DNA of 63,031 nucleotides, the filler included, from Chiloscyllium plagiosum (Eukaryota), in the NCBI RefSeq assembly GCF_004010195.1. It is 5 parts of one record of this genome, joined end to end, with 100 filler letters (N's around TTAATTAATTAA, not from the genome) between each part and the next. Parts side by side here need not be neighbours in the genome. Positions count along the whole stretch, not along the records: positions 17,603 to 32,209 come from NC_057710.1; positions 32,310 to 43,066 come from NC_057710.1; 3 more parts are not named here. One strand, 5' to 3'. The translations under genes were made by a program, and so were the position numbers. The stretch's first letter is position 1. The number at the start of each line of letters is the position of its first letter. Shown piece by piece: positions 24,970 to 38,100 of this stretch. Under the pieces are notes generated by a model. That model was not told the origin of the DNA. It ran no database searches and saw only the letters and a program-made list of their open reading frames with translations.

Positions 24970-25306
24970 CAGAGGAACCTTGATTATCTGAACGAGATGG
25001 ATGGACACTATTTCATTCGGATAATTGATTATTCGGTTAATTCATTTATGCCTCTCTTCTGGGGCTCGGAGTTTTCTTAAGCTTCCTTTTCCCTTGCTCT
25101 GCCTGCTTTGCTCCCTCTCTCTGTCTCAGAGTTTGTTTCCCTTACATTTCTGTGTAAGGGACCTGCAGCATTGCTGAAGCCTGCCACCAACACCACCCCC
25201 CTCCCCACCCCCCCCAATCAGTTCAATGGGATTGATGCAGTGAGCACTTGCTATGTCTGCTTCCCATTCTGGAGACTAGGCAACAGCACACTGCACAATA
25301 ATAGTG

Positions 25307-25347
<41 letters not shown>

Positions 25348-25870
25348 ACACACACATACAGACACATGCACACACAGGCGTATGCGTACACACATAGACA
25401 CAGGCACACACACACACACAGGCGTGCGCACACACACACGCGCGCACACACACACAGGCGCACACACACGCAGACACGCACACACACACGCGCACACAAC
25501 TTTTTCCTGCAACTTTTTGGCAAGTTCCACTTTTGCCCTGTACAGGACAATGTTGGAGAGGTTATCTGGGAAAGTTGGGGGATTTAGGGTACACCCCTGT
25601 GTAGAACTCCGGGGAAAGTGTGGGAAGAGACAGAGAGAGAGAGGGTGGGTGGTCAGTCATTTGGAGACAAAGCCTGGGCTCCTATCAATGTCCGGGACTG
25701 TTCTCAGCAGCATTTCAGTAAGCCAAGTTTGTTTTTAATCATTATAAACAAAAGGCACGATCAGTGTTGGAAACACCTCTTTGATGTAATGTTTCTATTG
25801 GGACCTCGAGATCTACTTCAGATAATCCGAAGTTCAGATAATTGATATTCCAATAATCGAGGTTCCTCTG
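24970..25870. mobile_element. Tc1/mariner-type non-autonomous element with internal (CA)n tract
   Basis: TIRs cagaggaaccttgattat / ataatcgaggttcctctg-TA. Confidence 0.75.
25308..25497. repeat. Compound (CA)n microsatellite
   Basis: Direct reading. Confidence 0.95.
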
Positions 25871-26446
25871 TAGAATAATAATAACATGTGGACATCATCT
25901 CAAGAGGGAAACGTATTGGACTTAAACTGTATCCCCTATGGGTTCTAGTCTCCCTCACTAGGGGGACATCCTCCTGGTATCCGTCCCATCAAATCTGCTG
26001 AGCATCTTGCATGTTTCAACAAGATCATCTGTCAATTTGTTCATCTTTCTAAAATGATCTCCCATCTCCCTAGGAATAGGCCACTGGGTAGTAAGCCAGT
26101 CTGCCAGTATCAAGCTGACCTCCAACCATTTCTGAAAAGGTTGGGTCAAGGATGTTGGATCTATTCACTTTCAAATGGTGATTGCCAATAAAAGTAACTC
26201 TCACCAATGCCAACTGGAATGTTCCTGGAGCAGACAAAAGGCATTCAAAGTGAAGCAATCATTTACAATGACTGAAGGCTTGAGCCAAATTCATGCACTG
26301 GATGAAAGGTGGGAGACTACAGCATGGAGAGGGAAATGAATTGGTGACAAAAAATGCACAAGTATTGTGAGAAACCTTCATAGTCTCTGTATGTTTGACA
26401 GATCACAGGGTTATCTAGTGACTTTTTTTTTCTGAACACCTCCTTC

Positions 26447-26800
26447 GGGGTTGCATGGTTAGCACTGCTGCCTCACAGCGCAAGGGATCCAGGTTTGATT
26501 CCACACTTGGGCAACTGTCTGTGTGGAGTTTGAACATTCTCCCCGTGTCTGCGTGGGTTTCCTTCAGGTGTTCCGGTTTCCTCCCACAGTCCAAAGAGGT
26601 GCAGGTTAGGTGGATTGGCCATGCTAATTTTCCCCATAATGTCCAGTGATGCGCAGGCTAGATTAGCCATGGGAATTGCAGTTACAGGAATTGGGTTGGG
26701 GGTGGGGCGGTGGTGTTCTGAGTGGGTGGTGTTTGGAGGGTCAGTGCGGACTCAACGGGCTGAATGGCCTGCTTCCACACTGTAGGGATTCTATGATTCA
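26447..26800 (+). mobile_element. HE1-type SINE
   Basis: ggttagcactgctgcctcacagc head and conserved core. Confidence 0.88.
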
Positions 26801-29550
26801 TGTACTCAAAATCAAGCTGTAATAGATATGTTTGAAATAAGTTCAGATACACTAAGAATGAGTGTAGTAATCACTATCACAAATACTGCACAATCTTAAT
26901 ATTCAGACTGTGGATTTAAAATAATTTGAATGAATTGAATCTGCACTTGCTTTTTGTTCATTGTCTTTCCATATGTCAGAATAAAAATATAATTTATCTA
27001 GGAAATAATTTTATTTTAACTTGATTATTTTGCTAACAGTCTTTCTCAACTTCCAAGAGGGTTCATTGGGAGATGTGTCAGCATGTTGCCTGCCACCCAT
27101 ATGGTAGAAACAAGTTGATGACAATTGACCCCACCCTACCTTGATAAGCCCTCGTTATTTTGGCTTTCTGTTCTTATTATAGACTCTAGAAATGAAAGTA
27201 AACATAATACAATGAAGCAAAAACTAAGTGTAGGCAGAATTATTTTCCAAATTCTGTCAGAAATTGTATAAACTTCACAGCAAATTCTTTATTCCTTGCA
27301 TGGATATTAGTGCTTGTAGCAAAGTATATATAGCGTAGAAACAGACCATTAATCCCAGATTGTTCATGCCAGTACAGTATTTATATTCATTGCCAGCCAC
27401 TTGCTTCCCAATAACATTATCAATGTATCCTTCAATTTGTTTCCTCCTCTCATGTTTAGTTAGCTTCTCCTTGAATCGGTCTCTGCTATACACTTCATTT
27501 GCTCTTTTCAATAGAGATTTACATTCTAATCACTCTTTGGGTAAACAACATTTCTTGAATGACTTATTGGATTTATTTGCAACTTATGCCTTCTAGTTGA
27601 GCTCTCACCCACGAGTGAAAGCATCTTCTCTATATCTACCCTACTAAAATTATAGCAGGTAAATTTTCAGACTTTTTTCCAGTCTAATGAAGAGAGAAAA
27701 GCTTGTTCAATTTTCCAGAAGGGTTGAACTCCTTAGTTTCAATATAATTCTGATAAATCGGATCTTTCTCTTCTCTAGTGTCTCAATATCTATTCTCTAA
27801 GGTGGAAAACCAGAACTGTTCACAAAACTATGCAAGGCTCCATACTAGTTTGACATAAGTTCTATACTTTTCAATTTTATTGCTCGAGAAATTAAAGAAC
27901 TTTGTTTCCATTTTTAGGGCCTGATTCATCTTTATTGCTACTTTAAATATCTCCATATCTTCTCGCCAGATCCCTATTTTGCTACTTCCTATTTAAAGAT
28001 ATATTCTTCAAGAAAGATGTGGTTTTGTTATTTTTGATACCAAAATGTATTACCTTGTACTTAAGTATTTTGAGGCTTAGTTGCTGACCATTGCCCATTC
28101 TGCATGTTTGTGTGTCAGCTTTGACTGAGTAGTAACACTTCTTTTGTTCTATGCTGAATGAGATTGCAGTATCATATGGTGGGAGTTTTGCATTGTCAAA
28201 GATACTGGTCACAAAGCTCAGTCGTAGTGCTAAAAGTGAAATTCCTGTTGCCTCAATATGGTATCTCTGGTGCATGGACAGATGTCTTGTGCTAGCCATG
28301 CCAGATCACATTCTGATATGGGGATCGCTTAACGTTGAGTTACAGGATGTAACCATTGTGTTACCCTGGGCAAATCTGTTCATCATTTTAACTTAATGTG
28401 CATCAACGATCAAAGGAAAGGAAGACCTCTTTTCTCTTCTGAATAAGCTCAATCAGTATCTCTGGCGATTTTGATACCTCTATGGAAATCTTGTTTCTTC
28501 CAAGTATCTTCCTTCAGTCTCATGCTGTTGCTTCTGCGTTTACGCCACAAATAATATATCTACCCTTTGAACTCCTACAATCTCTTAGCAACCTGAACCA
28601 GTGCCTGACTTTCTTCCTCTTAAACAACAAATTGCCTGTTGCTGGATCATTTTGTCACCCATCTCACCCCTGCAAATTAGAAACAGCATTTTCTTTTGCC
28701 AAGTTCTCTGGGCAACCGTAGCTTTTATTCCACCCATATCCTGCCAATTTTGCCAGTGGGGGGGAAAAACTGAACTCCAATCAGCTCCTATGTTGCGTAA
28801 GGTTCTTTCTGTTGGAAGTGAAATGTTTCTGGTCTGATTTCCATCTGCGGCATATGCCAAGTGGGCGGTTGGACATTAGCAAACCAGCTGCTATCACCCA
28901 CACCAAGATGTTGAGCCCCCAGTCAATTTTGTGATTGGGCATCATTTACATTTTGATTGGTGAGTTGCCCAAAAGTAATCGTAATGTTTTAAAAGCAGCT
29001 TGTTGCGTGATAGGTTGAGAAAATCCCAGTTGTCACAAAATTGCTCTTGTGGGGTAGTGGTAGTGTCCCTAACTCTGAGCTAAGAGACCTAGGTTCAAGT
29101 CCTACCAGCTCCAGAAGTGTGTCATATTGAGTGGAATTCAAAGCAAAATGCTGCAGTTTCTGGAAATCTGAAACATGTGCAGAAAATGCTGGAGAAACTC
29201 AGCAGGACTGAAGCATTTGTGGACAGAGAAACAGAGTTAGTGTTTTGGTATGATTATTCTTTAGAACCAAAGGAGTTGGTAAATAGTGGTTTTATAGTTG
29301 AGGCAAAGGAAGGGTGTGGGGAAACAAGTAATATAGAGGCCTAGTGCAAAAGACAATAGTGTTCGCATTGGGGTGGAAGATGAAAGATATCTGCTTCTGG
29401 GCCAATATTTGGAAATAAGAATTGCCTTGGTCTTCAACAATGTGATACAGAAATTCAAAAAGTGCGAGCAAACTTTGAGAAGTGGTGGGACATATTAAGA
29501 AAAACCTTTGGGGAGGGTCAGACTTGCATTGACACTACTAGGATTCTGAA

Positions 29551-32500
29551 TTGGTGGTCTCTCAATGACCCAGTGTGGTGGTCTCTCAGTGGCCCAGCGT
29601 GGTGGTCACTCAGTGGCCCAGCGTGGTGGTTTCTCAATGACTCAGTGTGGTGGTCTCTCAGTGGCCCAGCGTGGTGGTCTCTCAATGACCCAGTGTAGTG
29701 ATCTCTCAGTGGCCCAGTGTAGTGGACTCTCAGTGGCCCAACATGGTGGTCTCTCAGTAGCCGAGTGTGGTGGTCTCTCAGTGGCCCAGCGTGGTGGTCT
29801 CTCAGTGTCCCAGTGTGGTGGCCTCTCAGTGGCCCAGCTTGATGGTCTCTCAATGACCAAGTGTGGTGGTCTCACAGTGGCTCAGTGTGGTGGTCTCTCA
29901 GTGGCCCAGCGTGGTGGTCTCTCAATGACCTAGTGTGGAGATCTCTCAGTGGCCCAGTGTGGTAGTCTCTCAGTGGCCCAGCTTGGTGGTCTCTCAGTGG
30001 CTCAGTGTGGTGGTCACTCAGTGTCCCAGTGTGGTGGTCTCTCAGTGTCCCAGTGTGGTGGCCTCTCAGTGGCCCAGTGTGGTGGCCTCTCAGCGGCCCA
30101 GCATGGTGGTCGCTCAAAGACCCAGTGTGGTGGTCTCTCAGTGGCCCAGTATGGTGGTCTCTCAATGGCCCAGCATGGTGGTCTCTCAGTGGCCCAGTGT
30201 GGTGGTCTCTCAGTGTCCCAGTGTGGTGGTCTCTCAGTATTCCAGTGTGGTGGTCTCTGAGTGGCCCAGCGTGTTGGTCTCTCAATGACCCAGTGTGGTA
30301 GTCTCTCAGTGGCACAGCGTGGTGGTCTCTCAATGACCCAGTGTGGTGATCTCTCAGTGGCCCAGTGTGGTGTACTCTCAGTGGCCCAACATGGTGGTCT
30401 CTCAGTGGCCCAGCATGGTGGTCTCTCAGTGTCCCAGTGTGGTGGTCTCTCAGTGTTCCAGTGTGGTGGTCTCTGAGTGGCCCAGCGTGTTGGTCTCTCA
30501 ATGACCCAGTGTGGTAGTCTCTCAGTGGCCCAGTATGGCGGTCTCTCAGTGGCCCAGCATGGTGGTCTCTCAGTGGCCCAGTGTGGTGGCCTCTCAGTGT
30601 CCCAGTGTGGTGGTCTCTCAGTGTTCCAGTGTGGTGGTCTCTGAGTTGCCCAGTGTGTTGGTGTCTCAATGACCCAGTGTGGTAGTCTCTCAGTGGCCCA
30701 GCGTGGTGGTCTCTCAATGACCCAGTGTGGTGATCTCTCAGTGGCCCAGTGTGGTGTACTCTCAGTGGCCCAACATGGTGGTCTCTCAGTGGCCCAGTGT
30801 GGTGGCCTCTCAGTGTCCCAGCGTGATCGTCTCTCAGTGTCCCAGTGTGGTAGTCTCTTAGTGGCCCAGCATTGTGGACTCTCAGTGGCCCAGTGTGGTG
30901 GTCTCTCAGTGGCCCAGTGTGATGGTCTCTTAGTGTCCCAGTGTGGTGGCCTCTCAGTGGCCCAGTGTGGTGGCCTCTCATTGTCCCAGCATGATCGTCT
31001 CTCAGTGTCCCAGTGTGGTGGTCTCTCAGTGTCCCAGTGTGGTGGTCTCTCAGTGTCCCAGTGTGGTGGTCTCTCAGTGGCAAAGCGTGGTGGTCTCTCA
31101 GTGGCCCAGCGTGACGGTCTCTCAGTGGCCCAGTATGGTGGTCTCTCAGTGGCCCAGCGTAGTGGTCTCTCAATGACCCAGTGTGGTGGTCTCTCAGTGG
31201 CTCAGTGTGGTGGTCTCTCAGTGTCCCAGTGTGGTGGCCTCTCAGTGGCCCAGTGTGGTGGCCTCTCAGTGTCCCAGCATGATCGTCCTCCAGTGGCAAG
31301 CATTGTGGACTCTCAGTGGCCCAGTGTGGTGGTCTCTCAGTGGCCCAGTGTGATGGTCTCTTAGTGCCCCAGTGTGGTGGCCTCTCAGTGGCCCAGTGTG
31401 GTGGCCTCTCAGTGTCCCAGCATGATCGTCTCTCAGTGTCCCAGTGTGGTGGCCTCTCAGTGGCCAAGCATTGTGGACTCTCAGTGGCCCAGTGTGGTGG
31501 TCTCTCAGTGGCCCAGTGTGATGGTCTCTTAGTGCCCCAGTGTGGTGGCCTCTCAGTGGCCCAGTGTGGTGGCCTCTCAGTGTCCCAGCATGTTCGTCTC
31601 TCAGTGTCCCAGTGTGGTGGCCTCTCAGTGTCACAGCGTGATGATCTCTCAGTGTACCAGTGTGGTGGTCTCTCAGTGGCTCAGTGTGGTGGCCTCTCAG
31701 TGTCCCAGCGTGATGATCTCTCAGTGTACCAGTGTGGTGGTCTCTCAGTGGCCCAGTGTGGTGGTCTCTCAGTGGCCCAGCATTGTGTCTCTCAGTGGCC
31801 CAGCATGGTGGTCTCTCAGTGGCCCAGTGTGGTGCCCTCTCAATGATCCAGTGTGGTGGTCTCTCAGTGGCCCAGTATGGTGGTCTCTCAGTGGCCCAGC
31901 ATTGTGGTCTCTCAGTGGCCCAGCATGGTGGTCTCTCAGTGGCCCAGCGTGGTGGTCACTCAAAGACCCAGTGTGGTGGTCTCTCAGTGGCCCAGTGTGG
32001 TGGTCGCTCAATGAACCAGTGTGGTGGTCTCTCAGTGGCCCAGTGTGGTGGTCTCTCAGTGGCCTAGCTTTGTGGTCTCTCAGTGGCCCAGCATGGTGGT
32101 CTCTCAATGACCCAGTGTGGTGGACTCTCAGTGGCTCAGTGTGGTGGTCTCTCAATGCCCCAGCGTGGTGGTCTGTCAATGACCCAGTGTGGTGATCTCT
32201 CAATGACCCNNNNNNNNNNNNNNNNNNNNNNNNNNNNNNNNNNNNNNNNNNNNTTAATTAATTAANNNNNNNNNNNNNNNNNNNNNNNNNNNNNNNNNNN
32301 NNNNNNNNNCTCAATGACCCAGTGTGGTGGTCTCTCAGTGGCTCAGCGTGATGGTCTCTCATTGGCCCAGTATGGTGGTCTCTGAGTGGCCCAGCGTGGT
32401 GGTGTCTCAATGACCCAATGTGGTGGTCTATCAGTTGCTACGTGTGGTGGTCTCTCAGTGGCCCAGCGTGGTGGTCTCTCAATGACCCAGTGTGGTGGTC

Positions 32501-33435
32501 TCTCAGTGGCTCAGCGTGATGGTCTCTCATTGGCCCAGTATGGTGGTCTCTGAGTGGCCCAGCGTGGTGGTGTCTCAATGACCCAATGTGGTGGTCTATC
32601 AGTTGCTACGTGTGGTGGTCTCTCAGTGGCCCAGCGTGGTGGTCTCTCAATGACCCAGTGTGGTGGTCTCTCAGTGGCAAAGCGTGGTGGTCTCTCAGTG
32701 GCCCAGCGTGGTGGTCTCTCAATGACCCAGTGTGGTGGTCTCTCAGTGGCAAAGCGTGGTGGTCTCTCAGTGGCCCAGCGTGGTGGTCTCTCAATGACCC
32801 AGTGTGGTGGTCTCTCAGTGGCAAAGCGTGGTGGTCTCTCAGTGGCCCAGCGTGGTGGTCTCTCAATGACCCAGTGTGGTGGTCTCTCAGTGGCAAAGCG
32901 TGGTGGTCTCTCAGTGGCCCAGTGTGGTGGTCTCTCAGTGGCCCAGTGTGGTGGTCTCTCAGTGGCTCAGCGTGATGGTCTCTCATTGGCCCAGTATGGT
33001 GGTCTCTGAGTGGCCCAGCGTGGTGGTGTCTCAATGACCCAATGTGGTGGTCTATCAGTTGCTCAGTGTGGTGGTCTCTCAGTGGCCCAGCGTGGTGGTC
33101 TCTCAATGGCCCAGCATGGTGGTCTCTCAGTGGCCCAGCGTGGTGGTCTCTCAATGACCCAGTGTGGTGGTCTCTCAGTGGCTCAGTGTGGTGGTCTCTC
33201 AATGGCCCAGTGTGGTCGTCTCTCAATGACCCAGTGTGGTGATCTCTCAGTGGCCCAGTGTGGTGGTCTCTCAGTGGCCCAACATGGTGGTCTCTCAGTG
33301 GCCCAGTGTAGTGGTCTCTCAGTGGCCCAGCGTGGTGGTCGCTCAATGACCCAGTGTGGTGGTCTCTCAGTATCCCAGTGTGGTGGCCTCTCAGTGTCCC
33401 TGTGTGGTGGTCTCTCAGTGGCCCAGTGTGGTGGT
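29551..33435 (+). repeat. Satellite array A, 24-bp unit (GTGGTGGTCTCTCAGTGGCCCAGT)
   Basis: Continuous 24-bp periodicity (8-aa periodic ORFs in several frames); interrupted by the gap at 32210-32309. Confidence 0.97.
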
Positions 33436-33610
33436 ATCTTTTCGGCTTTTGGCGGTATTCAGTCCAGCATGGCCTCAGCGTGGACTTCCAGCCTCGAGGT
33501 GATTCCAGAGTGGTCTCCCAACCTCAAGAGCCTCAGGTGACACCTGGAACAGTCTGCAGTCAAGGCCCAACACAGACTGGAGGCTAGGTGCCAGCATGGA
33601 CTGAGTTTGA

Positions 33611-33936
33611 ATCATAGAAACCCTACAGTGTGGAAACAGGCCCTTAGGCCCAACAAGTCCACACCGACCCTCCGAAGAGTAACCCACCCGGACCCAATCC
33701 CCACCCCTATTACTCTACATTTCCTGACTAATGCATCTAACCTACACATCCCTGAACACTGTGGGCAATTTAGCATGGCCAATTCACCTAACCTGCACAT
33801 CTTTGGATTGTGGGAGGAAACCCACGCAGAGACGGGGAGAATGTGCAAACTCCACACAGACAGGTGCCCGAGGTTGGAATCCATCCCGGGTCCCTGGCGT
33901 TGTGAGACAGCAGTGCTAATCACTGAGGCACCATGC
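33611..33936 (-). mobile_element. HE1-type SINE in the inter-array spacer
   Basis: Reverse-complement SINE head and core. Confidence 0.88.
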
Positions 33937-35151
33937 TACTACCAAAGTGAACTGGAGGACTGTTATTCTGAAATTTTTATTTCTCTATTTTCTGACTTAT
34001 TCCTATGATCTGTAGTGCTGGATTTTTTTTTTATTTTTCTAATTTCTTTTCCTAAGAACTTGCACTGAAGAATCTCTACCTAGGTACCCTGTACTTAAAA
34101 TGGCACTGTAAGTGGCAACTTGTAATCCTTTCAGTCTACATATTTAAGTACATGTTATAATTCAATTTTCTCTCAGCTAACCACTTCCCCATTTTTCACA
34201 CATTAATTGCTATTTACATGTGATGAGAGAAAAGTAAATGTGTATGCTTCCTGAATGCAGTGCAACACAAACTATGTTGATTCCTCGAATAGACATGACA
34301 TAGGTCATGACTTGCCTGACCTATGTTGTGTTCACTGGTGGTATCAATAACAAACTGTGCAGGTTAATGCACTGTGGCCCTCTCTCCTCCTAAGGAATTG
34401 AAGTAGATATGGTGGCGCTGTTTTCCAAACTGTTCATTTTATGTCCTGCTAAGCACCTCACAAAAGTCATTGGTCTCACTCTATCTCACTCCCATTTCCC
34501 TTGGAGAAGAAGCTTGCACATGACAAAAGGGGAATGGCCAGAATCTACACCGCCATCTTGCAAACTCAGTGGAGGACACTATCATTAACAGTTAGCAGAG
34601 GAATATACACAGATTTGGAGAACATGCCTTTAATTTTCCCATCTGAAATGGGGCAGAATAGAGGCAGGATAGTAAACCTGTGGTCACTGAGCTGAGTGGT
34701 TGTAAAACCACATCTCCATTTCTGCCCTCTGACACTTTGCACAAAACACACATGCATCACCCAAACCTATGTCTATTAACTATTTCACTGAGCTCAGTGT
34801 GATCACAGTAAGATCCCTGATTTAAATCACAGTGCTATTTCCAAGGAGATGGCCAGGAATGCGGGAGTCTTCAGGAATCACTTCCAGTGAGTTGGATGCT
34901 TCAGTGATAACATAGACAAGATATCAAGCAAGGGAACTGTCTGAAATTTTATATGAATTGCTTTGGAATGGCTGGGTTGACACAGCATCTCTTCAAACGT
35001 TACAGAAGCTTATCCAAAGAGGGTGAAGAAGCAAAGGTGAAGTCACTGAAACTTTAAGGATATTGAGTACAACTGGCATTGGGCATTGAAGAATGCCACC
35101 GGCAACGTCACCTAGGCAATAGAAATAATCTATCTACCAAAGTGACTGCTC

Positions 35152-38100
35152 CATGAGATACCAGCACCATGGTCACTGAGGAACCAGCATCATGGTCACT
35201 GAGTCACGAGTACCATGGTCACTGAGGCACCAGCATCATGGTCACTGAGGCACCAGCATCATGGTCACTGAGGCACGAGCACCATGGTCACTGAGATACC
35301 AGCACCATGGTCACTGAGACACCAGAACCATGGTCACTGAGGCACCAGCATCATGGTCACAGAGGCACCAGCACCGTGGAACTGAGGCACCAGCACCATG
35401 GTCACTGAGGCACCAACATCATGGACACTGAGGCACGAGCACTATGGTCACTGAGGCACGAGCACCATGGTCGCTAAGGCACCAGCACCATGTCACTGAG
35501 ACACCAGCACCATGGTCACTGAGACACCAGTACCATGGTCACTGAGACACCAGCACATGGAACTGAGGCAGCAGTATCATGGTCTGTGAGGTACCAGCAG
35601 CATGGTAAGTGAGGTACTAGCAGCATGGGCAGTGAGGTACCAGCAGCATGGTAAGTGAGGTACTAGCAGCATGGGCAGTGAGGTACCAGCAGCATGGTAA
35701 GTGAGGTACTAGCAGCATGGGCAGTGAGGTACCAGCAGCATGGTAAGTGAGGTACTAGCAGCATGGTCACTGAGGTTCCAGCACCATTGTCACGGAGGCA
35801 ACAGCAGCATGGTCACTGCGGCACCAGCATCATAGTCACTGAAGCATCAGCAGCGTGGTCACTGAGGCCCAAGTACCATGGTCACTGAGGCACCAGCACC
35901 ATGGAACTGAGACACCAGCATCATGGTCACTGAGGCACCAGCACCATGGTCACTGAGGCACCAGCACCATGTCACTGAGACACCAGCACCATGGTCACGG
36001 AGGCAACAGCAGCATGGCCACTGAGGCACCAGCATCATGGTCACTGAAGCATCAGCAGTGTGGTCACTGAAGCACCAGTACCATGGTCACTGAGGCACAA
36101 GCACCATGGTCACTGAGACACCAGCAGCATAGTCACTGAAGCACCAGCATCATGGTCACTGAGGCACCAGTACCATGGTCACTGAGGCACCAGCATCATG
36201 GACACTGAGGCACCAGCATCATGGTCACTGAGGCACGAGCACTATGGTCACTGAGGCACGAGCACCATGGTCGCTAAGGCACCAGCACCATGTCACTGAG
36301 ACACCAGTACCATGGTCACTGAGACACCAGTACCATGGTCACTGAGGCACCAACATCATGGTCACTGAGACGCCAGCAGCATAGTCACTGAGGCACCAGC
36401 ATCATGGTCAGTGAGGCACCAGCACCATGATCACTGAGGCGAACAACACATTGATCACTGAGGTATCAGCAGCATGGTCACTGAGGCACCAGCACCATGG
36501 TCACTGAGACACCAGCACCATGGTCACTGAGACACCAGCACCATGGTCACTGAGATATCAGCACCATGGTCACTGAGGCACCAGCATCCTGGTCACTGAG
36601 GGACGAGCACCGTGGTCACTGAGGCACGAGCACCATGGTCACTGAGGTACGAGCACCGTGGTCACTGAGACACCAGCACCATGGTCACTGAGGTACCAGC
36701 ACCATGGTCACTGAGACACCGCGTCATGGTCACTGAGGCACCAGTACCATGGTCACTGAGGCACCAGCACCATGTTCACTGAGGCGCCAGCACCATGGTC
36801 ACTGAGGTGAACAACAGCATGATCACTGAGGTATCAGCAGCATGGTCACTGAGGCACCAGACACATGGTCACTGAAGCATCAGCAGCGTGGTCACTGAGG
36901 CACCAGTACCATGGAACTGAGGCAGCAGCATCATGGTCACTGAGACACCAGTACCATGGTCACTGAGACACCAGCACCATGGTCACTGAGGCACAAGCAC
37001 CATGGATACTGAGGTATGAGCACCATGGTCGCTGAGGCACCAGCACCATGTCACTGAGACACCAGCATCATGGTCACTGAGACACAAGCAGCATAGTCAC
37101 TGAAGCACCAGCATCATGGTCACTGAGGCACCAGTTCTATGGTCACTGAGGCACCAGCACCATGGTCACTGAGGTACCAGCACCATGGTCACTGAGGTGA
37201 ACAACAGCATGATCATTGAGGTATCAGCAGCATGGTCACTGAGGCACCAGTACCATGGAACAGAGCCAGCAGCATCATGGTCAGTGAGGAACCAGCAGCA
37301 TTGTCAGTGAGGTACCAGCACCATGGTCACTGAGGCACAAGCACCATGGTCACTGAGGTACGAGCACCATGGTCACTGAGGCACCAGCACCATATCACTG
37401 AGACACCAGCACCATGGTCACTGAGGCACGAGCATAATAGTCACTGAGGTACGAACACCATGTCACTGAGACACCAGCACCATGGTCACTGAGACACCAG
37501 CACCATGGTCACTGAGGCACAAGCACCATGGACACTGAGGTACGAGCACCATGGTCCCTGAGGCACCAGCACCATGTCACTGAGACACCAGCACCATGGT
37601 CACTGAGGCACCAGTACCATGGCCACTGAGACACCAGCACATGGAACTGAGGCACCAGTATCATGGTCAGTGAGGTACCAGCAGCATGGTCAGTGAGGTA
37701 CCAGCAACCTGGTCACTGAGGCACAAGCACTGAGCCACTGAGGTTCCAGCATCATGGTCACTGAGGCACCAGCATCATGCTCACTGAGGCACTAGCAGCA
37801 TGGTCAGTGAGGTACGAGCAGCATGGTCAGTGAGGTACCAACAGCATGGTCAGTGAGGTACCAGCGGCATGGTCAGTGAGATGCCAGCAGCATGGTCAGT
37901 GAGGTACCAACAGCATGGTCAGTGAGGTACCAGCGGCATGGTCAGTGAGATGCCAGCAGCATGGTCAGTGAGGTACCAGCGGCATGGTCAGTGAGATGCC
38001 AGCAGCATGGTCAGTGAGGTACCAGCGGCATGGTCAGTGAGATGCCAGCAGCATGGTCAGTGAGGTACCAGCGGCATGGTCAGTGAGATGCCAGCAGCAT

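Noticed and set aside
25108..25738. His/Thr-rich and Cys/Val-rich ORFs
   Set aside because: Translations of a (CA)n microsatellite
29872..31467. 531-aa His-rich ORF (RDHHTGPL)n and overlapping ORFs
   Set aside because: A 24-bp unit without stops opens several frames on both strands; no splice or codon-position signal; it is satellite DNA
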